A DNA stretch of 64,000 nt from an uncultured Alphaproteobacteria bacterium (GCA_958295725.1 OY282368.1:3393827-3457826); one strand, 5' to 3'; counted from the stretch's first letter, positions 1 through 10,607 are shown. The notes: generated from the letters alone by a model not told the origin. Made by a program: numbers and translations.

Positions 1-844
1 GCATGGTGTCGCCGCGGCGACGGTCGCCGCGCGTTTCGGGTTTCCCTGCACGGTCTACATGGGCGCGGTCGACATCGAACGGCAGCAGCCCAATGTGTTC
101 CGTATGAAGCTGCTGGGCGCGGAGGTAGTTCCCGTCATCTCCGGTTCGCGGACGCTCAAGGACGCCATGAACGAGGCGCTTCGCGACTGGGTCACCAACG
201 TCGACTCCACATTCTACATCATTGGCACCGTCGCCGGCCCGCATCCCTATCCGGAGATGGTCCGCGACTTCCAGTCCGTCATCGGCGTCGAGGCCCGCGA
301 GCAGATACAGGCGGCGGAGGGACGACTTCCCGACACGCTGGTCGCGTGCGTCGGCGGAGGCTCCAATGCCATGGGTTTGTTCCATCCGTTCCTGGACGAC
401 GACGGGATCGAGATCGTCGGGGTCGAGGCGGCGGGTAGAGGAATCGACACGGGAGAACACGCCGCGAGTCTCGCGGCTGGCCGTCCCGGCGTGCTGCACG
501 GCAACAAGACCTACCTCCTGCAGGACGAGGACGGGCAGATCGTCGAGGCCCATTCGATATCCGCCGGCCTCGATTATCCGGGTATCGGGCCGGAGCACGC
601 CTGGCTCAAGGATACCGGTCGCGCGACGTATGTGCCGGTCACGGACGACGAAGCCTTGGAGGCTTTCCAATTGTGCGGCAGGGTCGAAGGCATCATTCCG
701 GCCCTGGAGCCCGCGCATGCCCTCGCCCACGTCATGAGAATCGCCCCGGACCGCCCCGCCGACCACCTCGTCCTCATGAACATGTGCGGTCGCGGGGACA
801 AGGACATCTTCACCGTCGCCGACGCACTGGGAGTGGAGATTTGA
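1..844 (+). CDS. trpB: Tryptophan synthase beta chain (5' end outside window)
   Basis: [39 protein letters not shown] and CGRGDKD motifs; stop overlaps trpA start. Confidence 0.97.
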   Translation, partial: HGVAAATVAARFGFPCTVYMGAVDIERQQPNVFRMKLLGAEVVPVISGSRTLKDAMNEALRDWVTNVDSTFYIIGTVAGPHPYPEMVRDFQSVIGVEAREQIQAAEGRLPDTLVACVGGGSNAMGLFHPFLDDDGIEIVGVEAAGRGIDTGEHAASLAAGRPGVLHGNKTYLLQDEDGQIVEAHSISAGLDYPGIGPEHAWLKDTGRATYVPVTDDEALEAFQLCGRVEGIIPALEPAHALAHVMRIAPDRPADHLVLMNMCGRGDKDIFTVADALGVEI

Positions 845-1701
845 CCACGGGCACCGGCGGGACGGCGCGGATCGAACGGCGCTTCGCCCGACTCGCGCTG
901 GACGACCGCGCGGCTCTGGTCGCTTATGTCATGGCCGGAGACCCGAACCGCGATACGGCGAACGCCATTCTCGAGGGTCTTCCGAGCGCGGGAGCGGATG
1001 CTGTCGAGCTGGGAATTCCCTTCACCGACCCCATGGCTGACGGTCCCGCCATTCAGGCTTCCGGGTTGCGGGCGCTCAAGGCCGGGACGACCCTCGACCG
1101 GGTGCTCGATTCCGTCGCCCGGTTCCGCCGCAGGGATTCAGATACGCCGCTGGTTCTGATGGGTTATTACAATCCCATCTACGCTTTCGGTCCGGACAGG
1201 TTCCTGCGGGCGGCGAAGGACGTTGGTGTGGACGGATTGATTGTCGTCGACCTGCCCCCGGAAGAGGACGCCGAGCTTTGCCTGCCCACGCTCGAAGCGG
1301 GCCTGAGCTTCATCCGGCTGGCCACGCCCACGACCGACGAGTCGCGATTGCCCCGTGTTCTCGGCAACACGTCGGGGTTCGTCTACTACGTTTCCATAAC
1401 GGGTATTACGGGCGCCGCTATCCCCGACCTGTCCTTGGTCACCAGCGCCGTGGAGCGCCTGAAGCGTCACACGTCGCTTCCCGTGGCGGTCGGGTTCGGC
1501 ATCAAGACGCCCGAGCAGGCCGCCGCGATCGCCCGGGCCGCCGACGGGGCGGTGGTCGGCTCCGCCTTGGTGACGGCGATCTCCGAGAATATCGATGCCG
1601 ACGGCAAGGCGAGGCCCGGTCTGGTCGATGCCCTCCTGACCCGGGTCCAGGGGCTCGCCGACGGTGTGCGTCGCGCCCGCGAGGCGGAGCCGGCGTCGTG
1701 A
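841..1701 (+). CDS. trpA: Tryptophan synthase alpha chain
   Basis: [26 protein letters not shown] and VVGSALV motifs; TTG start in a TTGA overlap with trpB stop. Confidence 0.95.
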   Translation: MTTGTGGTARIERRFARLALDDRAALVAYVMAGDPNRDTANAILEGLPSAGADAVELGIPFTDPMADGPAIQASGLRALKAGTTLDRVLDSVARFRRRDSDTPLVLMGYYNPIYAFGPDRFLRAAKDVGVDGLIVVDLPPEEDAELCLPTLEAGLSFIRLATPTTDESRLPRVLGNTSGFVYYVSITGITGAAIPDLSLVTSAVERLKRHTSLPVAVGFGIKTPEQAAAIARAADGAVVGSALVTAISENIDADGKARPGLVDALLTRVQGLADGVRRAREAEPAS

Positions 1702-2624
1702 ACTGGCTCACGAACTTCGTCAGGCCGAAGATCCGCGCGCTCGTCAGCAAACGCGAGACACCCGAGAACCTGTGGGAGAAGTGTCCGAGCTGCGGCCAGA
1801 TGGTCTTTCATCGAGACCTGGAGGCCAATCACCGCGTCTGCCCGCAGTGCGATTATCACTTCCGCCTGTCGCCTAGGGAGCGCCTGACGCAGATGTTCGA
1901 CGACGGACGTTACGAGCGCGTCGAGGTGCCCGAGGTCGCCGCCGACCCCCTCAAGTTCCGCGACTCGAAGCGATACGCCGACAGGCTGAAGGAAAGCCGG
2001 ACGAAAACGGACGAGCACGAGGCGATGGTCATCGCGGTCGGCCGCCTCGGCGGCCTGGAGACGGTCATGGCCGCCCAGGATTTCGGGTTCATGGGCGGGT
2101 CCATGGGTCTGGCTGTCGGCGAGGCGTTGATCAAGGCGGCCGAGGAAGCGGTGTCCCGCCACGCTCCGCTCGTCGTGATCGCGGCCGCGGGCGGTGCGCG
2201 AATGCAGGAAGGGGTCCTCTCCCTGATGCAGATGCCGCGGTCCGTGATCGCGGTGGACGACGTCCGAGAGGCCGGCTTGCCCTACATCTCGATCTTGACC
2301 GACCCGACGACGGGCGGCGTCACCGCGTCCTACGCGATGCTCGGGGACATCTCCATCGCCGAGCCCGGCGCCCTGATCGGGTTCGCCGGACCGCGGGTGA
2401 TCGAGAATACGATCCGCGAAAGCCTGCCCGAAGGGTTCCAGAGGGCCGAGTATTTGCTGGAGCACGGAATGCTCGATCTCGTCGTCCATCGCCGGGATCT
2501 GCGCACGGCACTGACCCACCTTCTGGCACTGTTGACCAGCGCCGAGGCGATTCGTGACGTCCCGCCGGCGACGGACCCCCTGTTGGCCCTCCCGTCCGGG
2601 GCGCACCTGGACGGGGTCGCATAG
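1698..2624 (+). CDS. accD: Acetyl-CoA carboxylase carboxyltransferase beta subunit
   Basis: MNWL start (GTGA overlap); CxxC..CxxC zinc finger; [15 protein letters not shown] and PTTGGVTAS motifs. Confidence 0.96.
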   Translation: MNWLTNFVRPKIRALVSKRETPENLWEKCPSCGQMVFHRDLEANHRVCPQCDYHFRLSPRERLTQMFDDGRYERVEVPEVAADPLKFRDSKRYADRLKESRTKTDEHEAMVIAVGRLGGLETVMAAQDFGFMGGSMGLAVGEALIKAAEEAVSRHAPLVVIAAAGGARMQEGVLSLMQMPRSVIAVDDVREAGLPYISILTDPTTGGVTASYAMLGDISIAEPGALIGFAGPRVIENTIRESLPEGFQRAEYLLEHGMLDLVVHRRDLRTALTHLLALLTSAEAIRDVPPATDPLLALPSGAHLDGVA

Positions 2625-2631
2625 GTGGGGG

Positions 2632-3978
2632 ATGGAGGCCGGGCACCGGCGCGATAGTGCCGTTCTCGAGCGGCTGAAAGCGCTGCATCCCAAGAGGATC
2701 GACCTCTCGCTGGGGCGCATCCGGCGTCTGCTCGCGGCTCTCGACCGACCCGAAACCCGGCTTCCGCCGGTCGTTCACGTCGCCGGCACCAACGGCAAGG
2801 GGTCCGTCATCGCCATGCTGCGGGCGGGGCTGCGCGCGGCCGGTTACAGGGTTCACGCCTATACCTCTCCGCATCTCGTCGATTTTCGCGAACGCATCGG
2901 TTTGGCGGACGGATACGGCGGCACGCTTCCTATCGACGAGGCCGAGCTGGACGAAATCCTGACGGTGTGCGAGGCCGCCAATGCTTCCGCTCCCGTGACG
3001 TTCTTCGAGATCACGACCGCCGCGGCTTTTCTTGCCTTCTCGCGACATCCGGCAGACGTCCTCCTGCTCGAGGTGGGGCTCGGAGGCCGCCTCGACGCCA
3101 CCAACGTCGTCGAGGCGCCCGTCGCTACGGTCGTCACGCCCGTGTCGATCGATCACACGCAGTTCCTGGGGACCGACCTCGGCGGGATCGCGGCGGAGAA
3201 GGCGGGGATCCTGAAAAAAGGCGTCCTTGCCGTCATCGGCCCCCAGGAAAACGCTGCGCTGGCGCCGATTGCCGCGCGCGCCGCCGAGATCGGCGCGCCG
3301 CTTCTGAGGCATGGTTCGGAATGGGATTTCCGGGTGGACGAGGGAGACCGATCGATCTCGTTGCGGCTGGGATCGCGTGACACGCGCCTCCCGGGTCCGC
3401 CCCTTCCCGGCCCACATCAACTCGCCAACGCCGCGACCGCGGCGGTGGCGCTGTTGTCCCTGCCGGGTTTCGGGATCGGCGATGACAGCGTTCGCCGAGG
3501 TCTGCGGGCGGCGCGTTGGCCCGGACGTCTACAGCGCATCGAACGGGGTCCCCTGCGGGATCTCCTGCCCGGCGCGGCCGAGTTGTGGCTGGACGGCGGA
3601 CACAACGCAGCCGCCGGCCGTGCCCTTGCCCGCGCGTTGGTGGCTTGGAGGGACGGGGAAGCTACCGACCGTCCCCGTCCCGTCCATCTGGTTTGCGGAA
3701 TGCTCGACACCAAGGACGTATCGGCGTTCTTCACGCCGTTCGCCGAGGACCGGCTGGTCGAGAACGTCCATGGGGTGCCGATACCCGGCGAGAAGGCGAG
3801 CCTTTCGGGAGAGGACGTGGCCGCGGCCGCCCGGAAGGTAGGTCTGGACGCGGTCGCCGCGGACTCCGTGGAACGCGCGGTCGAGTCGGTCGCCGGGACC
3901 GACGGGCGAGCGCCTTCGCGCGTATTGATCTGCGGATCGCTGTACCTAGCCGGCCGGATTCTGGCACGGCACGGCTGA
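2632..3978 (+). CDS. folC: Folylpolyglutamate synthase/dihydrofolate synthase
   Basis: HVAGTNGKGS, EVGLGGRLDATNV, WPGRLQ, LDGGHN and ICGSLYLAG motifs. Confidence 0.96.
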   Translation: MEAGHRRDSAVLERLKALHPKRIDLSLGRIRRLLAALDRPETRLPPVVHVAGTNGKGSVIAMLRAGLRAAGYRVHAYTSPHLVDFRERIGLADGYGGTLPIDEAELDEILTVCEAANASAPVTFFEITTAAAFLAFSRHPADVLLLEVGLGGRLDATNVVEAPVATVVTPVSIDHTQFLGTDLGGIAAEKAGILKKGVLAVIGPQENAALAPIAARAAEIGAPLLRHGSEWDFRVDEGDRSISLRLGSRDTRLPGPPLPGPHQLANAATAAVALLSLPGFGIGDDSVRRGLRAARWPGRLQRIERGPLRDLLPGAAELWLDGGHNAAAGRALARALVAWRDGEATDRPRPVHLVCGMLDTKDVSAFFTPFAEDRLVENVHGVPIPGEKASLSGEDVAAAARKVGLDAVAADSVERAVESVAGTDGRAPSRVLICGSLYLAGRILARHG

Positions 3979-3983
3979 AGCGG

Positions 3984-4304
3984 CTAAAGCTCTCCCTCCA
4001 GCCACTCCACGAGCTTGCCCTTCGGCAGCGCGCCGACCTTGGTTGCGGCGACCTCTCCGCCCTTGAATAGCATCAGCGTGGGGATGCCGCGCACGCCGAA
4101 CTTGGTCGGCGTCGTCGGATTCTCGTCGATGTTGAGCTTCGCCACCGTGATCCGATCGCCCATCTCGCTCGCGATCTCCTCCAGGGCCGGCGCGATCTGG
4201 CGGCAGGGACCGCACCATTCCGCCCAGTAATCCACGAGCACGGGCCGTTCGGCGCCGATCACGTCGGTCTCGAAGGAGTCGTCGGTAACATGGCTGACGG
4301 TCAT
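3984..4304 (-). CDS. trxA: Thioredoxin
   Basis: WCGPC active site; 106 aa; convergent with folC as in other alphaproteobacteria. Confidence 0.97.
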   Translation of the reverse strand: MTVSHVTDDSFETDVIGAERPVLVDYWAEWCGPCRQIAPALEEIASEMGDRITVAKLNIDENPTTPTKFGVRGIPTLMLFKGGEVAATKVGALPKGKLVEWLEGEL

Positions 4305-4372
4305 GGCGTTCTCCGGCGTTGGCTGATGGCGGGCGAGGGGCGGTGGGTGCGGCCCGCCGCGACCCGAGATCG

Positions 4373-4404
4373 ATTATGTACGACCGGCGGTTCCGGGCGT
4401 CAAG
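4373..4404 (-). promoter_or_regulatory. Putative sigma70-type promoter of trxA
   Basis: On the minus strand cTTGACG-N17-TACATA(AT), about 70 bp upstream of the trxA start. Confidence 0.5.
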
Positions 4405-4528
4405 GCGCCGTCCCATGTCCTATGCGTTCCGGTTGAACACCGAATGGCTTTGCGTATCATTCGACCAACGCACGGCCAGCGCGTCGCGCGCCGTCGCGGG
4501 TTTGCCGACCGGGATCGGGTGTAACTGC

Positions 4529-4714
4529 ATGTCCATCGAACCGCCGGAAATCATCGAGGTCGAGGAGCGTACCGTCAGTTGCGACGGCGGCGGCGGACCA
4601 CTGGGGCACCCGAAGGTCTATCTCAACCTGGGGGGGGACGGCGCGATCGACTGCCCCTATTGCGACCGGCGGTTCGTTCTCGAGGCCGGCGCGGCCGGGG
4701 ACGCTGGTCACTGA
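4529..4714 (+). CDS. Small zinc-finger protein (zf-CHCC/NDUFS6-like)
   Basis: VSCDGGGGPLGHPKVYLNL...CPYC motif. Confidence 0.88.
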   Translation: MSIEPPEIIEVEERTVSCDGGGGPLGHPKVYLNLGGDGAIDCPYCDRRFVLEAGAAGDAGH

Positions 4715-4741
4715 GTCGGGGCAGCCGGCTCCGGCGCGTCG

Positions 4742-4750
4742 TTATCCACA
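4742..4750 (+). promoter_or_regulatory. DnaA box upstream of dcd-polA
   Basis: Exact TTATCCACA in an intergenic region; a degenerate inverted box TGTGGACAG lies at 4820-4828. Confidence 0.45.
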
Positions 4751-4966
4751 AGAAAATCTCCCGGTGTGAGACTCGGGGATGGAATCACTGACGCTTAGAC
4801 AGCACCAAGGTACGGTGCCTGTGGACAGGAATCTCGCGCGGATCCGGCGCGATATCCATGCTTCCGAGGGGAAGGCAACCCCGCTACCGTGACCGTCCGG
4901 CGAAGGCCGCGCGACACGTATGTGAGACCCACTGGGACCGGCGGGCGAATCTCTACCGGAAGATCG

Positions 4967-6133
4967 ATGGCTGACGTGGCCGAACATACGCTCTTCGATG
5001 TTCGCGAGGCGAAACCGGACGCGGAGCCGACGCACTCCACGGGTGTCGTGCCCGCCCAGGGGCTTCGCGAAGCGGTCAAACGCGGCGAGATCAACGCCAC
5101 CGAACGAATTCGCCCAGACCAAATCCAGCCCGCCAGCCTCGACATCCGCCTCGGTCCCGTCGCCTACCGAACCCGAGCCAGCTTTCTGCCCGGCCGCGAC
5201 GCCTCGGTAGGCCAGAAGATCGAGGCGTACAGGATGCACCGGTTTTCGCTTGACGACGGGGCGGTCCTGGAAAAGGGATGCGTCTATCTGGTGCAAGCGA
5301 TGGAGAGCCTCGAGCTGCGGCATCGCACATCGGCCCTCGCCAACCCCAAGAGCTCCACCGGGCGTCTCGACGTGTTCTGTCGCCTGATCACCGACGGCGG
5401 CACGGAGTTCGACCGCGTGCGGGCCGGCTACCGCGGCCCGCTGTGGGTCGAGATATCGCCACGCTCGTTCAGTATTCTGGTGGAAACAGGCACGCGCCTG
5501 TCGCAGCTCCGGATCAAGCGAGGGGCGCCCCGGTGGAGCGAGACGGCGTTGCGTGCGCTTCACGCCGAAGTTCCACTCATTGACGACGAGACCGTGTTCG
5601 AGGAGAACGCGAGGCGGGGGTTGCTCGCCATTACGGTGGACGCGGGGGGGAGCGGCAATTCGGACCTGATCGGCTGGTGTGCGCGCAAGAACGCCGACCT
5701 GATCGATGTCTCGAAGGTCGATCACTACGATCCCGAGGACTATTGGGAGCCGGTGCGCGTGCGAACGGGCCAAGGCGTCATCCTCGACCCCAACGACTTC
5801 TATATCCTGTCGTCCCGCGAGTCGGTGACCGTTCCGGCCGACCACGCGGCCGAGATGCTGGCCTACGATACGCTGGTGGGCGAATTCCGCGTGCACTACG
5901 CCGGCTTTTTCGATCCGGGCTTTGGACTGGCCGACGTCGGCGGCGAAGGGACGCGGGCGGTTCTGGAGCTCCGGTCGCGGGACGTCCCGTTCATGATCCA
6001 ACACGGCCAAGTGGTCGGACGCCTGCTCTACGAGCGGTTGACGGCGCCGTCGGACAGGCTCTACGGGCGCGGCATCGGGTCCAGCTATCAGCGCCAGGGA
6101 CTCGCACTTTCCAAACAATTCAAGCGTCCCTGA
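4967..6133 (+). CDS. dcd: dCTP deaminase, long alphaproteobacterial type
   Basis: QIQPASLDIRLG, ANPKSSTGRLDVF, GEFRVHYAGFFDPGFG and YQRQGLALSKQF motifs. Confidence 0.92.
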   Translation: MADVAEHTLFDVREAKPDAEPTHSTGVVPAQGLREAVKRGEINATERIRPDQIQPASLDIRLGPVAYRTRASFLPGRDASVGQKIEAYRMHRFSLDDGAVLEKGCVYLVQAMESLELRHRTSALANPKSSTGRLDVFCRLITDGGTEFDRVRAGYRGPLWVEISPRSFSILVETGTRLSQLRIKRGAPRWSETALRALHAEVPLIDDETVFEENARRGLLAITVDAGGSGNSDLIGWCARKNADLIDVSKVDHYDPEDYWEPVRVRTGQGVILDPNDFYILSSRESVTVPADHAAEMLAYDTLVGEFRVHYAGFFDPGFGLADVGGEGTRAVLELRSRDVPFMIQHGQVVGRLLYERLTAPSDRLYGRGIGSSYQRQGLALSKQFKRP

Positions 6134-6184
6134 CCGGCCCCGTGGCATACTGAAGCGTCGGCACTCGGTCGGGGAGGATCGACG

Positions 6185-9001
6185 ATGGCAACCGCGGGTC
6201 GCGAAACGGAGTTTTCCAAGGAGGCGAACGGCATCCAGCGTGTCGTGCTGGTTGACGGCTCGGGCTACATCTTCCGGGCTTACCACGCGCTCCCCGCCCT
6301 CGCCAGGAAGAGCGACGGCCTCCTCGTCGGCGCCGTTGCCGGCTTCTGCAATATGCTTAACAGGCTCGTCGACGACGCCATGGCCGACGACGACATCCGC
6401 CATCTGGCGGTCGTTTTCGACACCGCGCGCCGTTCCTTTCGCAACGAGATATACCCCGAATACAAGGCCCATCGTCCGCCGCCGCCGGAGGATCTCGTCC
6501 CGCAGTTCCCGCTGGTCCGGGACGCGACGCGCGCCTTCAACGTGCCCTGCGTCGAGATGGAGGGCTTCGAGGCCGACGACCTGATCGCCACCTACGCCGA
6601 TCTGGCGGTCGCAGCAGGCTACGAGGTCGTGATCGTCTCGTCGGATAAGGACCTGATGCAGATGGTCGGCGAACGCGTGTCGATGCGGGATCCGATGAAA
6701 CAAACCGTGATCCGGGAGGAGCAGGTCGTGGAGAAGTTCGGAGTGGGGCCGGACAAGGTGATCGACGTCCAGGCGCTGGCCGGCGATTCCAGTGACAACG
6801 TGCCCGGCGTGCCCGGGATCGGCGTGAAGACGGCGGCGGAGTTGATCGGCGCCTATGGCGACCTCGAGACACTCCTCGACCGTGCCGGGGAGATCAAGCA
6901 GCCGAAGCGGCGCCAGACCCTGCTGGAGAACGCCGGATTGGCGCGTGTCAGCCGCGAGCTCGTGACGCTGAAGCGCGACGTCCCCGTCGAGGACGGTATC
7001 GAGGCGTTGGAGCTCCGTCCGCCCGACCCGGACACGTTGTTCGCGTTCCTCGACGAGATGGAGCTCGCGTCCCTTTCGGCTCGCCTGCGCGCGAGGCTCG
7101 GTAAGAAAGCCGGCGAGACCGTGGCGCCGCTGGCCTCGGAGCCCGAGGGCGACCGCGAGTACGTAGCGATCCAGGACGAGGAAGCATTGGGTGTCTGGGT
7201 CGCGGCCGCCGAGGCGAAAGGCACGGTGGCCGTGGACACCGAGACGACGTCGCTCGACGTCATGCGGGCCGCCCTTGTCGGCGTGTCCCTCTCGGTGGAG
7301 CCGGGAAAGGCGTGCTACGTGCCGCTCGGCCATACGGGGGCGGCCGGACAAGGCGACCTTGGCCTCGACACGGAACCACGGGACGACGGGGTGCCGGCTC
7401 AGATCCCGTTCGACCGCGCGGTCGGGATCCTCAGGCCGCTGCTCGAGAACCCCGGCGTGCTCAAGATCGGGCAGAACATCAAGTACGACATGGCGGTGTT
7501 CGCCAAGTACGGCGTCGAGCTCGGGCCGGTCGACGACACCATGGTGTTGAGCTTCGTGCTAGAGGGGGGCCTGCACGGCCACGGCATGGACGAGCTGTCG
7601 GAACGCCACCTGGGTATCAAGCCCATCTCGTACAAGGACGTCGCGGGGACCGGCAAGGCTCGGATCACCTTCGACAAGGTGCCGCTCGACAAGGCGGTGG
7701 ACTACGCGGCGGAAGACGCGGACATGATCGCGCGCCTGCATCGGCTATTGAAACCGCGGCTGGTGAGCGAACGCCTAGTCGGCGTCTACGAAACCATCGA
7801 GCGTCCGCTGGTGCCGGTGCTCGTCGGCATGGAGCGCGCCGGCATCCGCGTCGACCCGGAGAAGCTCAAGATACTCGGCGACGATTTCGACATGCGCATG
7901 TCCCGTCTGGTCGGGGAGATCCATGGGCTGGCGGGCCGTGAATTCAACGTCGGGTCTCCCAGGCAGCTTGGCGAGGTGTTGTTCGACGAGATGGGCCTCC
8001 CGGGCGGCCGGAAGGGCAAGACCGGCGCCTATGCCACCGGGGCGGACGTGCTCGAGGATCTCGCCGCGCTGGGCCATGAGATACCGCGCCTCGTGCTGGA
8101 CTGGCGACAACTCTCGAAGCTCAAGGGTACGTACACGGACGCCTTGCAGGCGCAGATCGACGCCGAAACGGGCCGGGTGCACACCTCGTTTCAAATGGCG
8201 GCGGCAAGCACAGGACGGCTCGCGTCGACGGACCCCAACCTCCAGAACATCCCGGTGCGGACGGAGGAGGGGCGCAAGATCCGCCAAGCGTTCGTGCCCG
8301 CGGACGGCTGCAAGTTCCTCTCCGCCGACTATTCCCAGATCGAGCTACGGTTGCTCGCGCATACCGCCGACATCGGCACGTTGAAGGACGCCTTCCGCGC
8401 AGGCGCCGACATCCACGCGTTGACGGCGAGCGAGGTCTTCGGCGTGCCGATGGAGGGCATGGACCCGACGGTGCGCCGCGGCGCGAAAGCCATCAACTTC
8501 GGCATCATTTACGGCATCAGTCCCTTCGGACTGGCTCGACAGCTGGCGATCCCGCAAAGGGAGGCCAAGGCCTACATCGAGGCCTATCTGGAGCGTTACC
8601 CCGGGATACGGGACTACATGGAGAGCACCAAGGAGTTCGCACGACGGAACGGCTACGTGACGACGTTGTTCGGCCGCCGCGTGCACGTGCCGAGCCTGCG
8701 GGACAAGAACCCGGCGCGCCGAAACTTCGGCGAACGGGCGGCCATCAACGCGCCGTTGCAGGGCTCCGCCGCCGACATCATCAAGCGCGCGATGGCGCGG
8801 ATCCCCAAGGCCTTCAAGCGAGAGAAGCTGTCGGCCCGGATGCTGCTCCAAGTGCACGACGAGCTGCTGTTCGACGTTCCGGAAGCCGAGATCGGCCGGA
8901 CGGCGTCGGTCGTCAAGGAGGTGATGGAGAGCGCGGCGCGCCTGAGCGTGCCGCTCACCGTCGATACGGGCGTCGGCGACAACTGGGACGAGGCGCACTG
9001 A
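6185..9001 (+). CDS. polA: DNA polymerase I
   Basis: LVDGSGYIFRAYHA 5'-3' exonuclease, DTET 3'-5' exonuclease, ADYSQIELR, KAINFGIIYG and LLQVHDEL motifs. Confidence 0.98.
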   Translation: MATAGRETEFSKEANGIQRVVLVDGSGYIFRAYHALPALARKSDGLLVGAVAGFCNMLNRLVDDAMADDDIRHLAVVFDTARRSFRNEIYPEYKAHRPPPPEDLVPQFPLVRDATRAFNVPCVEMEGFEADDLIATYADLAVAAGYEVVIVSSDKDLMQMVGERVSMRDPMKQTVIREEQVVEKFGVGPDKVIDVQALAGDSSDNVPGVPGIGVKTAAELIGAYGDLETLLDRAGEIKQPKRRQTLLENAGLARVSRELVTLKRDVPVEDGIEALELRPPDPDTLFAFLDEMELASLSARLRARLGKKAGETVAPLASEPEGDREYVAIQDEEALGVWVAAAEAKGTVAVDTETTSLDVMRAALVGVSLSVEPGKACYVPLGHTGAAGQGDLGLDTEPRDDGVPAQIPFDRAVGILRPLLENPGVLKIGQNIKYDMAVFAKYGVELGPVDDTMVLSFVLEGGLHGHGMDELSERHLGIKPISYKDVAGTGKARITFDKVPLDKAVDYAAEDADMIARLHRLLKPRLVSERLVGVYETIERPLVPVLVGMERAGIRVDPEKLKILGDDFDMRMSRLVGEIHGLAGREFNVGSPRQLGEVLFDEMGLPGGRKGKTGAYATGADVLEDLAALGHEIPRLVLDWRQLSKLKGTYTDALQAQIDAETGRVHTSFQMAAASTGRLASTDPNLQNIPVRTEEGRKIRQAFVPADGCKFLSADYSQIELRLLAHTADIGTLKDAFRAGADIHALTASEVFGVPMEGMDPTVRRGAKAINFGIIYGISPFGLARQLAIPQREAKAYIEAYLERYPGIRDYMESTKEFARRNGYVTTLFGRRVHVPSLRDKNPARRNFGERAAINAPLQGSAADIIKRAMARIPKAFKREKLSARMLLQVHDELLFDVPEAEIGRTASVVKEVMESAARLSVPLTVDTGVGDNWDEAH

Positions 9002-9155
9002 CGTTCGGTTCCATGGCGCTTCTATCTCGACTTGAACTGCCATGGCGGAGGTTCATGCGCCGAGACCATATGTGCTTTGTCTTGAATCGAATGGCGTCCC
9101 GCGCAAGATCATATAGAATGTGTTGAGGCTTGATACGTTGCGATAGACGAACGAT

Positions 9156-9656
9156 ATGGCAACCGAGCAAACACGAAACGCCGTTTGGCAAGAGCTCCTG
9201 GATGTGGCGCGGCTCGTTCGGTACTACGAGGTGCTCTCCGATCGGCATCGACGTAACCATTCGATCGTTCGCTTTCTCCTGCTGGCCGCAGCGGCCGGCG
9301 GCATCGCCGCGTTGTTGGATGTGCTTCCGGCGAGCGTTCAGCTTATTGCCGGCGGGCTGGTCGCTCTCCTCGTCGTTTGGGATTTCATAGCGGATTACGC
9401 AAAAAAGGCCGCCGTCCTGCACGCGATCAGCCTTGAATGCAGCGCGTTGGAAATCGAATGGCGCGAATTGTGGGCTGACGTCAATGAACGCGATCTGGAC
9501 GACTCTGAAGCGCGACGCAAAAACCAACGGCTGGCGCGGAGAGCTCTGGAGGTGACCGGGCGGGCAGGGCACGCGGATATCCGAGAGGATCGAAAACTGA
9601 ACGAGAAATGCGAGAAGGTCGCATACAGGGTTGTGGAGGACCGGTATGCCTCCTAA
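9156..9656 (+). CDS. Two-transmembrane protein, SLATT-like effector fold (putative)
   Basis: 166 aa; N-terminal helix with YY, two close hydrophobic segments (FLLLAAAAGGIAALL and LIAGGLVALLVVW), then a KAAxxH..helical tail; lower GC than flanks. Confidence 0.65.
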   Translation: MATEQTRNAVWQELLDVARLVRYYEVLSDRHRRNHSIVRFLLLAAAAGGIAALLDVLPASVQLIAGGLVALLVVWDFIADYAKKAAVLHAISLECSALEIEWRELWADVNERDLDDSEARRKNQRLARRALEVTGRAGHADIREDRKLNEKCEKVAYRVVEDRYAS

Positions 9657-9774
9657 GAGGATCATCAACGAGCGCGGAAAGCCGGCGAGACCGGGCAAGA
9701 CGCCGCCTCCACCGCCTCCGCCAAAGACAAACCCGCCGGAAAAGGCGCCGCCGTCCAAGGACGGCAAGAAGTGA
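9646..9774 (+). CDS. Unannotated 42-aa Pro/Lys-rich peptide MPPKRIINERGKPARPGKTPPPPPPPKTNPPEKAPPSKDGKK
   Basis: GGAGGA Shine-Dalgarno at 9635-9640, ATG at 9646 overlapping the upstream gene end by 11 nt, TGA at 9772-9774; the Pro run uses mixed synonymous codons. Confidence 0.65.
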   Translation: MPPKRIINERGKPARPGKTPPPPPPPKTNPPEKAPPSKDGKK

Positions 9775-9881
9775 CACCGGGTAGCGCCAACCAGGTAACC
9801 TGCCGAACAAACCGGTTCATGGCATCGCAATGCGGCCTGTTCGGTAGGGGAGTCGATGATTGACGGGAACCCCGGACTGAC

Positions 9882-10592
9882 ATGAGCGACTCACCCCGGG
9901 CGACGGTCGCGCTGGTCGACGACGACCGGAACATACTTAGGTCCGTCTCGATGGCACTTGAGGCGGAGGGGTTTCGCGTCCGGACTTTCCATGACGGCAC
10001 CGAGGCCCTGAAGGCCTTGACGCATCAACCGGCGGATCTGGTCGTCCTCGACATCAAGATGCCGCGACTCGACGGCATGGAGCTGCTCAATCGCCTCCGG
10101 CGGACGAGCGACGTTCCCGCGATCTTTCTCACGTCCAAGGACGATGAGATCGACGAGATGCTCGGCCTGAAGATGGGCGCCGACGACTATATCCGGAAGC
10201 CGTTTTCCCAGCGCCTGCTCATCGAGCGCGTTCGCGCCGTTCTGCGGCGCGCCGGCAGCGGGCGGCAAGAGGGTTCGGACGGCGACGACAAACCGATCGT
10301 CCGCGGCCATCTCGTCCTCGATCCGGCCCGGCATTCGTGCACTTGGCGCGGCGGCGAGGTGCACCTGACGGTGACGGAGTTCCTCATTCTCAAGGCGCTG
10401 GCGGCGCGCCCGGGGCACGTCAAGAGCCGCGACCAGCTCATGGATGCGGCCTACGATGACAATATCTATGTCGATGATCGCACGATCGACAGCCACATCA
10501 AGAGATTGCGCCGGAAGTTCCGCGAGGCCGACGAGGCGTTCGCGAGCATCGAGACCCTTTACGGCGTGGGCTATAGATATCGCGAAGCGTGA
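9882..10592 (+). CDS. chvI: OmpR-family response regulator ChvI
   Basis: [28 protein letters not shown] and [13 protein letters not shown] motifs. Confidence 0.93.
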   Translation: MSDSPRATVALVDDDRNILRSVSMALEAEGFRVRTFHDGTEALKALTHQPADLVVLDIKMPRLDGMELLNRLRRTSDVPAIFLTSKDDEIDEMLGLKMGADDYIRKPFSQRLLIERVRAVLRRAGSGRQEGSDGDDKPIVRGHLVLDPARHSCTWRGGEVHLTVTEFLILKALAARPGHVKSRDQLMDAAYDDNIYVDDRTIDSHIKRLRRKFREADEAFASIETLYGVGYRYREA

Positions 10593-10607
10593 TCTCGTTG
10601 ACCGCCC

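Noticed and set aside
8955-9830. 291-aa minus-strand ORF with a poly-Gly run
   Set aside because: It is the antisense of the SLATT-like gene and the Pro-rich peptide, which have the better support (TM pattern, SD and coupling).
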